Assembly (NCBI GenBank): GCA_043765195.1
Contig: JAYUJN010000001.1
Location: forward strand, 134,171-198,170
Length of the DNA stretch: 64,000 nt
Source: Bacteroidota bacterium
Lineage (GTDB): Bacteria > Bacteroidota > Bacteroidia > UBA7662 > JAYUJN01
Reading direction: 5' to 3'
A program made the translations under genes and the position numbers. Every line of letters starts with the position of its first letter. The stretch's first letter is position 1. The notes beneath the pieces were generated by a model. That model saw only the letters and a program-made list of their open reading frames with translations, made no database searches and was not told the DNA's origin. Positions 7,323 to 16,266 of this stretch are shown in pieces.

Positions 7323-9709
7323 ACGAACAAGAAACCAGAACCCAATATATATTACCCGCTTTGCAAAAAGCAGGCTGGGGCATTGTGCAAGGCAGTAGCA
7401 TACGAGAGGAGTTTCCTATATCAAAAGGCAGGCTAATTGGGCATGGGCAGTGCACCAAACCCGACAAAGCCGATTATGTATTGCAATACAAAAACCGAAA
7501 CTTGGCGGTTATAGAAGCCAAAAAAAGAGATTTGTATTATACCGAAGGCGTGGCACAAGCCAAAGATTATGCGGGGCGGCTACAAATTCGGTTTACGTAC
7601 AGCACCAACGGTTTGCAGATTTATGAAATGGATATGCACCAAGGTACGGAGGGCGATGTGTTGGCTTTCCTTAGCCCAGATGAGCTGTGGAACAGAATTT
7701 TTGGCGAAGAAGAAAAAGCAAAACCGCAGGTAGCCAAGTTGCAAGAAAACTTACACAGCATTCCGTTTGAAACCAAAAACTTAACCAAACCGCCCCGTTA
7801 TTACCAAGAAAATGCCATTAACAATGTAAGCCAAGCCATTGCCGAGGGTAAAACCCGCATATTGCTAACCCTTGCCACGGGCACGGGCAAAACAGCCATT
7901 GCTTTTCACATTGCTTGGCGGTTGTTTAAAGCCAAATGGAACATAAAAGGCGACGGACAGCGCAGCCCACGCATATTGTTTTTAGCAGATAGAAATATAT
8001 TGGCAAACCAAGCCTTTAGTTCTTTTAGCGAATACAATGCTTTCGATGAAGATGCCTTGGTGCGTATTAAGCCGAGTGAAGTGAAAAAGAAAGGCAAAGT
8101 GCCTAAAAATGGAAGTATATTTTTTACCATATTTCAGAGTTTTGTTTCTGAAAACAATGGCGAAACAAATTTTGGGCAATACGAAAAAGACTTTTTTGAT
8201 TTTATAATTATAGATGAGTGCCACCGTGGCGGTGCCAGCGACCAAAGTAGTTGGAAAGCCATTTTAGATTATTTTAGCCCAGCCGTGCAATTGGGTTTAA
8301 CGGCAACACCCAAACGAAATCAAAACGTAGATACTTACGATTATTTCGGCGAGCCAGTGTACGTATATTCGCTAAAACAAGGCATAAACGATGGCTTTTT
8401 AACACCATTTAAGGTAAAACAAATAGCCACCACAGGCGATAGCTATATTTATAGCCCTGACGATGAAATAATACAAGGCGAAGTAGAAGAAGGCAGAGAG
8501 TATAACAGAAATGAACAAAACCGAGTAATACAAATCATGGAAATTGAGCGCTATCGGGTTCAAACGTTTATGAACTTGATAGACCAAAACCAGAAAACAT
8601 TGGTTTTTTGTGCCACACAAGCCCACGCTTTGGCAGTGCGTGATTTGATTAATCAGCTTTCAAAAAGTAAAAATACCAACTATTGCCACAGGGTTACGGC
8701 AGACGATGGCGAACGGGGCGAACAACATTTAAGAGATTTTCAGAACAATGAGAAGAATATTCCAACCATACTTACTACATCGCAAAAATTGAGTACGGGC
8801 GTAGATGCACCCGAAATAAGAAATATCATTTTGATGCGACCCGTAAAACAAATCATAGAATTTAAACAAATTATAGGCAGAGGTACTCGGTTGTACGATG
8901 GCAAAGATTATTTTACGATTTATGATTTTGTAGAAGCCTACAAAAACTTTCAGGACGATGAGTGGGACGGACCACCATTAGAACTCGAAACACCAGACTT
9001 GAAACCTGAGCCAAAACAATGCAAAGACTGTGGTCAAAATATTTGTATATGCCTTAAAGAACCAGAGCAGCACTACTGCTTTTGTAACCAAGAGCCTTGT
9101 GTGTGCGATAACCCACAAAAGCGAATGATAAAAATAAAACTGGGCGACGGAAAAGTGAGAGAACTCGATAGTACGGTTAGAACCCTGTTTTATAGTGCCG
9201 ATGGCACGCCAATTAGTAGCGAAGAATATTTGCAAAACTTGTTTGGTGCATTGCCCGAAATTTTTAAAAACGAAGACGAATTAAGAACAATTTGGAGCAA
9301 ACCCGACACAAGAAAAAAATTATTAGAGGAACTGAAAGAAAAAGGATTTGCAGAAGAGCAATTAGAAGCCTTTCAAAAAATATTAAATGCCCAAAATAGC
9401 GATTTATACGATGTTTTGGCGTATGTGGCTTTTAAATCCCCCATTTTAGAAAGAACTGAAAGGGCGAAAAATGCAAGAATACATTTGTATAATTACGATG
9501 CAAAGCAACAGGAGTTTTTAAACTTTGTGTTGAATAAATACGTTGGTTCTGGCGTTTATGAATTAGACGAAGAGAAATTATCGACGCTGCTTATATTGAA
9601 ATACAACGCCATAGACGATGCAAAACAAGTGCTTGGCGACATTGATTTGATTAGAAATACATTCACGGGTTTTCAAACTTATTTATACGGAAAAACGATT
9701 TTGATATAA
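7319..9709 (+). CDS. hsdR: Type I restriction enzyme R subunit HsdR (SF2 helicase/nuclease) with an EcoEI-R-like C-terminal domain
   Basis: N-terminus MNEQETRTQYILPALQKAGW, Walker A LATGTGKTAIAF and the DEAH-box variant IIIDECHRG are present. The ATG overlaps the RAYT stop (ATGA). Confidence 0.95.
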   Translation: MNEQETRTQYILPALQKAGWGIVQGSSIREEFPISKGRLIGHGQCTKPDKADYVLQYKNRNLAVIEAKKRDLYYTEGVAQAKDYAGRLQIRFTYSTNGLQIYEMDMHQGTEGDVLAFLSPDELWNRIFGEEEKAKPQVAKLQENLHSIPFETKNLTKPPRYYQENAINNVSQAIAEGKTRILLTLATGTGKTAIAFHIAWRLFKAKWNIKGDGQRSPRILFLADRNILANQAFSSFSEYNAFDEDALVRIKPSEVKKKGKVPKNGSIFFTIFQSFVSENNGETNFGQYEKDFFDFIIIDECHRGGASDQSSWKAILDYFSPAVQLGLTATPKRNQNVDTYDYFGEPVYVYSLKQGINDGFLTPFKVKQIATTGDSYIYSPDDEIIQGEVEEGREYNRNEQNRVIQIMEIERYRVQTFMNLIDQNQKTLVFCATQAHALAVRDLINQLSKSKNTNYCHRVTADDGERGEQHLRDFQNNEKNIPTILTTSQKLSTGVDAPEIRNIILMRPVKQIIEFKQIIGRGTRLYDGKDYFTIYDFVEAYKNFQDDEWDGPPLELETPDLKPEPKQCKDCGQNICICLKEPEQHYCFCNQEPCVCDNPQKRMIKIKLGDGKVRELDSTVRTLFYSADGTPISSEEYLQNLFGALPEIFKNEDELRTIWSKPDTRKKLLEELKEKGFAEEQLEAFQKILNAQNSDLYDVLAYVAFKSPILERTERAKNARIHLYNYDAKQQEFLNFVLNKYVGSGVYELDEEKLSTLLILKYNAIDDAKQVLGDIDLIRNTFTGFQTYLYGKTILI

Positions 9710-9730
9710 CCTCCAACCCAAAAAAACAAG

Positions 9731-11005
9731 ATGAGTAACGAAACAAAAATAAAATGCCCCAATTGCCACACCGAAATAGATGTGAACAATGTGCTGTCGA
9801 GCCAGGTGAGGGCGGAGCTTCAATCGGAGTTTAGTGCGGGATTTGAAAAGGAGCAAGCCGAACTCAAAAGAAAAGAAGCCGAGCAGGCGAGAAAAGAAGC
9901 GGAGTTTGAGCAGAAACGAGCCAATCAAAATGTGATTTTTCGGGAGCAAGTGGATAAACAGCTCAAAGAAGAACGGAGCGTGCTGGAATTGAGCCTAAAA
10001 ACGAAATATGAAAAAGAAAAATCAGAGGAGTTTTATAGCTTACAAAAAGAACTAAAAGAAAAATCAGAGCAGGTAATAGAATTGAATGCCAGCAAGGCGG
10101 AAATTGAAAGGCTAAAACGAGCCAATGCGGAGGCTAAATCGTTGGCGGATGCCGAAGCCCAAAAAATGATAACCGAAACCTTGAATACTGAAACAGAACG
10201 GATAGAAAAGCAAGTACAAGACAAAAAGGAGTTAGAGATTAATAAGCTGGTAAAGCAACTGGACGACCAAAAAAGGCTGACCGAAGAAATGAAACGCAAG
10301 CTAGAGCAAGGCTCGATGCAGCTACAAGGCGAGGTGCAGGAGCTGGCGATTGAAGGTTGGCTGGCGGATAATTTCCCGCTGGATACCGTTGTGCCAGTGG
10401 GAAAAGGCGTGCGGGGCGGCGATTGCCGCCAGATTGTAAACACAAGGTCCAAAGAAAACTGCGGCACAATATACTACGAGAGCAAGCGCACCAAGGATTT
10501 TGGCAGGGACTGGATAGAGAAATTTAAAAACGACATTCGGGAGCAAAACGCAACCGTGGGCGTGCTTGTAACCACCGCCATGCCGCCAGGCATGGACCGC
10601 CTGGGCTTGCGAGATGGCATCTGGATTTGTAGCTACGAAGAGTTTAAGGGGCTTTGTTTTGTGCTTCGAGAAAACATTATTGCCCTCGACCTCGCCGTGG
10701 CTTCGCAAGAAAACAAGGGCGATAAAATGCAAATGCTCTACGATTATTTGACCAGCAATGAGTTTAAATTGCAGGTGGAGGGCATTATGGAGGGCTACAA
10801 ACAAATGCAAGACGACCTAATTAGCGAGCAACGTGTGATTACGGGAACTTGGAAAAAGCGGGAAAAACAACTGCAAAAAGTGCTGAACAACACCACTTAT
10901 ATGTATAGTTCGCTGCGGGGCATAGCGGGCAATGCCATACAAGCCATAAAATCGCTGGAACTGCCCGAGGCGGAGGCGGAGGATACTGACTTTGAAGAAG
11001 CCTAA
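9731..11005 (+). CDS. DUF2130-like protein: N-terminal CxxC, long coiled coil, and a C-terminal nuclease-like domain
   Basis: IKCPNCHTEIDV lies at the N-terminus, followed by a roughly 200-aa E/K-rich coiled coil. The C-terminal segment GGDCRQIV...GTIYYESKRTKDF..W matches what I recall of DUF2130. The gene starts 21 nt after hsdR. Confidence 0.75.
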   Translation: MSNETKIKCPNCHTEIDVNNVLSSQVRAELQSEFSAGFEKEQAELKRKEAEQARKEAEFEQKRANQNVIFREQVDKQLKEERSVLELSLKTKYEKEKSEEFYSLQKELKEKSEQVIELNASKAEIERLKRANAEAKSLADAEAQKMITETLNTETERIEKQVQDKKELEINKLVKQLDDQKRLTEEMKRKLEQGSMQLQGEVQELAIEGWLADNFPLDTVVPVGKGVRGGDCRQIVNTRSKENCGTIYYESKRTKDFGRDWIEKFKNDIREQNATVGVLVTTAMPPGMDRLGLRDGIWICSYEEFKGLCFVLRENIIALDLAVASQENKGDKMQMLYDYLTSNEFKLQVEGIMEGYKQMQDDLISEQRVITGTWKKREKQLQKVLNNTTYMYSSLRGIAGNAIQAIKSLELPEAEAEDTDFEEA

Positions 11006-11111
11006 AACGTAAAAATTTTTGCGCCGCCGACCATTTTAGTTGCTACAAAAAACCTGCGATTTGCCTAAAATATTTGGCTAAAATATAGTACTTTTGGGCT
11101 GAGAATACACC

Positions 11112-12083
11112 ATGAAAAAACTGAAAATAGGCGTAATGGGCTGCGCCGACATAGCCCAAAGGCTGGTGCTGCCCGCCATAGCCCAATGCCCCGAGCTACA
11201 ACTGGTAGCCATAGCCAGCCGCACCCAAACCAAAGCCGAGCTGTTTGCCACGCAGTTTGGTTGCCTGCCCGTAGTTGGTTACGAAAACCTACTAAAACTC
11301 GACATAGATGCCGTGTATATGCCCCTGCCCACGGGTTTGCACCACGAGTTTATACTCAAAACCCTGAATGCGGGCAAGCACATTTTGGCAGAAAAATCGC
11401 TGGCGAACAGCCTCATTTCGGCAAAAGAAATGGTAGAAACCGCCCGAAAAAACGGCTTGATGCTCATGGAAAACTTCCAGTTTCAGTTTCATAGCCAGCA
11501 CCAATACATAAAAAACCTGCTGCAAACGGGCGAAATAGGCAGCCTGCGCCAGGTGCGTGCCGCCTTTGGGTTTCCGCTCATGGCGGGCGATAATTTTAGG
11601 TACAGAAAACAAGACGGCGGCGGCGCACTGCTCGACACAGGTGCGTACATGGCTAAAATAGCGCAGTTTTTGCTCGGCGAAACCGTGCGTGCCACCACCG
11701 CACAGTTTTGGCACAGCCCCGAGTTTGGGGTGGATATGGGCGGCTCGGCTACCTTCCAAAACCAGCAGGGCATCACGGCACAAGTCGCTTGGGGTTTCGA
11801 TAATTTTTACCAATGCAACTACGAGCTGTGGGGCAGCCAAGGCAAAATTACCGCCGAACGAGCCTACACCGCCTCGCCCACCATTGCCCCAAAAATAACC
11901 GTGGAAAAACAAGGCAAAAAAGACGAAATCGTACTGCACACCGACAACCATTTTGTAAACATACTATCCAGCTTTGCCCAAAACATAGCCCAAAACAGCA
12001 TAGAACCCGAACTCCAAAAAATAGAACACCAAGCCCAACTGCTACACCAAATGCTACAACACGCAAACTACCAACTCACATGA
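11112..12083 (+). CDS. Gfo/Idh/MocA family oxidoreductase
   Basis: MKKLKIGVMGCADIAQRLVLPAI is a Rossmann N-terminus, and EKSLA is the typical family motif. Confidence 0.85.
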   Translation: MKKLKIGVMGCADIAQRLVLPAIAQCPELQLVAIASRTQTKAELFATQFGCLPVVGYENLLKLDIDAVYMPLPTGLHHEFILKTLNAGKHILAEKSLANSLISAKEMVETARKNGLMLMENFQFQFHSQHQYIKNLLQTGEIGSLRQVRAAFGFPLMAGDNFRYRKQDGGGALLDTGAYMAKIAQFLLGETVRATTAQFWHSPEFGVDMGGSATFQNQQGITAQVAWGFDNFYQCNYELWGSQGKITAERAYTASPTIAPKITVEKQGKKDEIVLHTDNHFVNILSSFAQNIAQNSIEPELQKIEHQAQLLHQMLQHANYQLT

Positions 12084-12976
12084 ACGCAGCCATCATCGGT
12101 AGCAATGGCTACATCGGTCGCCACCTATCCAAATATTGGCTCGAGCAAGGCTACCAAGCCCGTTTTTTTGATGTAAATGAGCAAAGCACAGACCATTTGC
12201 CCAACTATTCCTCCCTCAATTTAAAGGATTTAGACGCAATAAAGCAACTAAACTTTGAAGGCACAGACCTCATTTTTTTGCTTGCGGGGCTTACAGGCAC
12301 AAGCCAAGCCTTTGCTAATTTTAGCCAGTTTATAGACTTAAACGAAAAAGCGCTGCTCGGTATTTTGGAGCAAATGCGTGCCACCAACCCCAAGGCTCGC
12401 ATCATTTTTCCGTCCACACGCTTGGTGTACAAAGGCGCAGAAAACACGCCGCTCAAAGAAGATGCGCCCAAAGAATTTAAAACCATTTACGCCCTAAACA
12501 AGTTTGCCTGCGAGCAATACCTCCAAATGTACGCCCAATATTTTGGCATAAACCACACGATAGCCCGCATTTGCGTACCCTACGGCAACGAAATGGACAA
12601 CAGCTACTCGTTTGGCACAATCGGTTTTTTTTTGAACAAAGCCCTAAAAAACGAAGACATAACAATTTACGGCAGCGGCAACCAAAAACGCTCGCTCATA
12701 CACATACACGACCTCGTGCGGGCGCTCACTTGCGTAGCCCTGGCACCCGAAGCCGCCAACCAAACCTATAACCTCGGCGGAAACGATACCCTAAGCATAG
12801 CCGACATAGCCCAAGCAATCGCAAAAAAGTACGACGTAAAGTTACAAAATACCGACTTTCCGCCCTTAGATGCAGCCATAGAATCGGGCGATACCATTTT
12901 TGATTCGAGCTATTTCGAGCGCAGTTTTGACTTTGAGTACCTCCAAAATTTCAAAAATTGGCTCAATGCCATCTAA
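12080..12976 (+). CDS. NAD-dependent epimerase/dehydratase family protein
   Basis: MNAAIIGSNGYIGRHL is a GxxGxxG motif. The ATG at 12080 overlaps the upstream stop (ATGA). The track ORF start at 11813 is an overlap artefact. Confidence 0.85.
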   Translation: MNAAIIGSNGYIGRHLSKYWLEQGYQARFFDVNEQSTDHLPNYSSLNLKDLDAIKQLNFEGTDLIFLLAGLTGTSQAFANFSQFIDLNEKALLGILEQMRATNPKARIIFPSTRLVYKGAENTPLKEDAPKEFKTIYALNKFACEQYLQMYAQYFGINHTIARICVPYGNEMDNSYSFGTIGFFLNKALKNEDITIYGSGNQKRSLIHIHDLVRALTCVALAPEAANQTYNLGGNDTLSIADIAQAIAKKYDVKLQNTDFPPLDAAIESGDTIFDSSYFERSFDFEYLQNFKNWLNAI

Positions 12977-12978
12977 CC

Positions 12979-13938
12979 ATGAAAATTCTGATAATTCGGT
13001 TTAGCTCCATCGGCGACATTGTGCTTACCACGCCCGTGGTGCGCTGCATAAAGCTACAAACCCAAGCAGAAATCCATTTTTTGACCAAAAAAAAGTACCA
13101 AAACATACTCCAAAACAACCCATATATCAGCCAAATTTTTGGGTTAGATGCGCGCATAAGCCAACTGCTGCCCGAGCTAAAAGCGCAAAACTACGACCTA
13201 ATCATAGACCTGCACAACAACCTGCGCACGCTTTGGGTAAAGTTGTTTTTGGGCAAAAAATCGGTTTCGTTCCAAAAGCTAAACCTCGAAAAATGGCTGC
13301 TCGTCAATTTTAAAATAGACCTGCTACCCAAGCTACACATTGTAGATAGAAACCTAAAAACCGCACTTGGTTTGGGTGTGGTAAACGACGAACAAGGGCT
13401 CGATTTTTTTATAGATGCCCAAAATATAGTAAATGCCCAAGCCATTTTTGGCAAAAAATACATTGCTTTTGCCGTGGGGGCGCAGCACGCCACCAAGCGG
13501 CTGCCCACACCCAAAATAATAGAAATATGCGACCAGCTACCCATGCCCGTGGTGCTTCTGGGCGACAAAACCGACTATGAAACCGCCCAAAAAATAGCCC
13601 AAAAATCCAGGAATACGCACATTTTTAATGCCTGCGGCGGCTACAATTTACAGCAATCTGCCAGCATCGTGCAGCAAGCCCAGCGGCTCATCACCCACGA
13701 CACGGGGCTGATGCACATCGCCGCCGCCCTGCGCACGCCCACCACCAGCGTTTGGGGCAGCACCGTGCCAGCCTTCGGCATGGCACCCTACAAAACGCCG
13801 CACACCGTGGTGCAAAACCTCGGTTTGGGTTGCCGCCCTTGCTCCAAAATAGGGTACAGCTCCTGCCCAAAAACACACTTTAAATGTATGCAAAACATTG
13901 ATATTCAGGAGGTATTGGCATCTGTGTCGCTGCCATAA
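12979..13938 (+). CDS. Glycosyltransferase family 9 (heptosyltransferase-like)
   Basis: MKILIIRFSSIGDIVLTTPVVRCIK is a typical GT9 N-terminus, and THDTGLMHIAAAL is present near the C-terminus. Confidence 0.85.
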   Translation: MKILIIRFSSIGDIVLTTPVVRCIKLQTQAEIHFLTKKKYQNILQNNPYISQIFGLDARISQLLPELKAQNYDLIIDLHNNLRTLWVKLFLGKKSVSFQKLNLEKWLLVNFKIDLLPKLHIVDRNLKTALGLGVVNDEQGLDFFIDAQNIVNAQAIFGKKYIAFAVGAQHATKRLPTPKIIEICDQLPMPVVLLGDKTDYETAQKIAQKSRNTHIFNACGGYNLQQSASIVQQAQRLITHDTGLMHIAAALRTPTTSVWGSTVPAFGMAPYKTPHTVVQNLGLGCRPCSKIGYSSCPKTHFKCMQNIDIQEVLASVSLP

Positions 13939-15083
13939 ATGTTCTTTGTGATTTTGCGCACCACCTGATAGCCCATAAAAAACTCTCGAGCCGTAACCCG
14001 CAAAATGGTGTAAACAGGTATCGCTAAAAACATACCAAACGCCCCGCCCACCCTCGAACCCATCAGCACCACTATAAAAATTTCGAGCGGGTGCGCATTC
14101 ACCGTTTTCGAAAAAATGGTCGGCTGCACTATCCAGTTGTCCAAAAGCTGCACGCCTATAAGCACCATCGCCATTTGGGTGAGGAGCGGCACAAGCTGCG
14201 TATCAAAATTCAGGTTTAGATTGGTGGTGATGCCCACAAAAAGCGCAAAAAGAATGCCCGTAACAGGTCCGATGTACGGCACTACGTTGATTACGCCCGC
14301 AAAAACGCCAATCAAAAGCGCATTTTTGATGCCAATGCCCCACATACCCAGCGCAATAAGCGTGGCTACAATGGTACTTTGGGCTATAATGCCCAAAAAA
14401 TACCGAGATAGCAGCTCCTCCACCCGACTAAAAGCGTTGCGAGCGGGTTCGGTGTAGCGGTCGGGCAGCAGGCTATCGCTGGCTTCCCGCAGCAGGCTTC
14501 GCTCTTTTACAATAAAAAATGTCATAAACAGCACCGCAAAAAAACCAAAAACAAAGCTACCAGCCGCATCGGTAGCGTTTTGCACCAACGTATTTACGCT
14601 GTTGCTGCCCAAAGTATCGCTTATTTTGGCTATGATGGTTTTTTCGAGCAGCCCTTTTTGGTTTTCTAAAAGGTGGAATGAAACCAATGTTTTCTCTATT
14701 TTTTGTAAAAAAGGATTTAACGCCACCAATATTTCTTCGGGCGTGGTGTTGCGTATTAAGCTCCATTGCTGACCTATAAGCGGCGCAAAAAGTGCAAAAA
14801 AACCGTAAATTAGCCCAAAAACCACCGCAAAAGCCACAAAAGTAAGCAACCAACGGGGCAAGCCAATGCGCTTTATTTGAACTTTTGCCAGCACATTCAC
14901 CAGCGGATTGAGTATGTAGCTAAGTATGATGGCGAGCAGCAGGTACAGCACTATGTTTTGAAAATACCAAACAAAGCAACAAAAAATTGTAAGCGGTAAA
15001 ATTGCCCAAAGGATTTTAATCCTTTCGTCGGTGGTTGTTTTGGTAGAAGCCATGGTTGTGTATTTTTTTTGGAACAGATACAA
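13905..15083 (-). CDS. AI-2E family transporter (PerM/YhhT-like)
   Basis: Multi-pass membrane protein with an AI-2E-like C-terminal half (VINVVPYIGPVTG, HPLEIFIVVLMG). The start could instead be the ATG at 15053 (MASTK). Confidence 0.8.
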   Translation of the reverse strand: MYLFQKKYTTMASTKTTTDERIKILWAILPLTIFCCFVWYFQNIVLYLLLAIILSYILNPLVNVLAKVQIKRIGLPRWLLTFVAFAVVFGLIYGFFALFAPLIGQQWSLIRNTTPEEILVALNPFLQKIEKTLVSFHLLENQKGLLEKTIIAKISDTLGSNSVNTLVQNATDAAGSFVFGFFAVLFMTFFIVKERSLLREASDSLLPDRYTEPARNAFSRVEELLSRYFLGIIAQSTIVATLIALGMWGIGIKNALLIGVFAGVINVVPYIGPVTGILFALFVGITTNLNLNFDTQLVPLLTQMAMVLIGVQLLDNWIVQPTIFSKTVNAHPLEIFIVVLMGSRVGGAFGMFLAIPVYTILRVTAREFFMGYQVVRKITKNIYGSDTDANTS

Positions 15084-15186
15084 ATGTACAAAAATATTAT
15101 TTTGTAGCCCTAATTTGTTTTTTGACGCAAGAGGTCAAATGCGGGCAATACATTTGTATTATAATTTTTTTTAAACCAAAACGACC

Positions 15187-15441
15187 ATGACCGAATTACA
15201 AATTAACCACATTTTAAAAAACTGTTTGAGGTTAGGCATCGCAGCCCGAAGCGTTTTTAATGCAAAAACCTACGAGTACGAAATTTTGATGCAAAACGGC
15301 ACTTTGATAGACGATTATTACATCGCCGTGATGTTTATAAACCGATACGCAAAGCACAAACAAGAAAACAGCCACTTCGCCCCCGATTTGATGCTAAGTG
15401 TAATGCAAGAAATAAGCGGTAAAATGCCCGCTTGCGCCTAA
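15187..15441 (+). CDS. Hypothetical protein (84 aa)
   Basis: ORF only. It lies in an intergenic position with no competing ORF, and I recognise no family. Confidence 0.4.
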   Translation: MTELQINHILKNCLRLGIAARSVFNAKTYEYEILMQNGTLIDDYYIAVMFINRYAKHKQENSHFAPDLMLSVMQEISGKMPACA

Positions 15442-15468
15442 ATTTAAAAAATAAAAACAAAAACAAAC

Positions 15469-15636
15469 ATGGAAAATCACGCATATAAAAGCCGCTATCA
15501 GCCGCTCATCGACCACAAATATTTGCAACAAAACCCCAAGGCTGCGGCGTTTGAGGCGTACCTGCGCATCGGTTACAGCCAGCAAGATGCAGCTCGGCTC
15601 TCGGCAGAAATAAAAAGTTTGGGGCGGGCATCATAG
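15469..15636 (+). CDS. Hypothetical small protein (55 aa; MENHAYKSRYQPLIDHKYLQQNPKAAAFEAYLRIGY...)
   Basis: I translated this ATG-to-TAG ORF by hand because it falls below the track length cutoff. It starts 27 nt after the previous small ORF. Confidence 0.25.
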   Translation: MENHAYKSRYQPLIDHKYLQQNPKAAAFEAYLRIGYSQQDAARLSAEIKSLGRAS

Positions 15637-15644
15637 CCACGGGT

Positions 15645-16244
15645 TTAGGCTTCGGCTTGGTTTTGGCGGGCAATTTCGGTTTTTACGAAGTTTTGCAAAT
15701 CCCCAAAAAACACCGAAAACTCGTATTCGTATTGCTCGTAGTTTTGGGTAAGTGCCTCGGAGGCAAACTCCATATTCGACTCAAATTTGGCTCGTTTAGC
15801 CATGCCGCTCAGTGCTTTGTGTATGCCGTCTATCTCGGCATAAGAGTGTAGCCAGTCGTATTTTTGCATATAAACGAGCATATTTTGTGCTTTTTCTGGC
15901 AAAAGTACGGCGTTGGCTTGCATATCTTTATACACCTGTGCCGAAAAATCTTTTAGCGGCTGTGTGTGGTAGTTTGCCCAGTTTTTGGCTAAAAAATGGT
16001 CGTAAAAAATGTCGGTGATTACGGGCGCATACTTATGAAAACGCCCGTGCAGCCTACGCACGCCTACATCTACCAGCGGGTGCGCATCGGTAAAAGCATC
16101 TATGTTTCTGTGGAGCAAAACGCCTTTTAGCACGTCGCCCTCGTAGTTTTGTATTTCTTTGCCCCGTATGTGGTCGGCTATAAAATTACCAATTCGCAAA
16201 CCCATATTGTCGCCTGCGAGGTACAAGTGCGCTAAATAGTTCAT
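15645..16244 (-). CDS. acpH: Acyl carrier protein phosphodiesterase (AcpH family)
   Basis: The N-terminus MNYLAHLYLAGDNMGLRIGNFIADHIRGK is characteristic of AcpH. Confidence 0.8.
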   Translation of the reverse strand: MNYLAHLYLAGDNMGLRIGNFIADHIRGKEIQNYEGDVLKGVLLHRNIDAFTDAHPLVDVGVRRLHGRFHKYAPVITDIFYDHFLAKNWANYHTQPLKDFSAQVYKDMQANAVLLPEKAQNMLVYMQKYDWLHSYAEIDGIHKALSGMAKRAKFESNMEFASEALTQNYEQYEYEFSVFFGDLQNFVKTEIARQNQAEA

Positions 16245-16266
16245 TGGTTTTGAGCGGTTATTTTAA

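Noticed and set aside
11813-12079. Upstream extensions of track ORFs: 11813 for the epimerase, 43621 for the membrane protein, 55327 for FkbM, 24331 for btuB, 39396 for the CoA-binding protein, 12958 for GT9, 20646 for the pRiA4b-like gene and 51403 for GH13
   Set aside because: The extensions overlap the preceding gene or the riboswitch, or begin at non-ATG codons. Internal ATGs coincide with the recognisable N-termini (Rossmann motifs or signal peptides) and with ATGA/TAATG coupling.
13905-13938. 34-nt convergent 3' overlap between the GT9 gene and the AI-2E transporter gene
   Set aside because: This is probably an ordinary convergent overlap. There is no additional structure or motif in the overlap.
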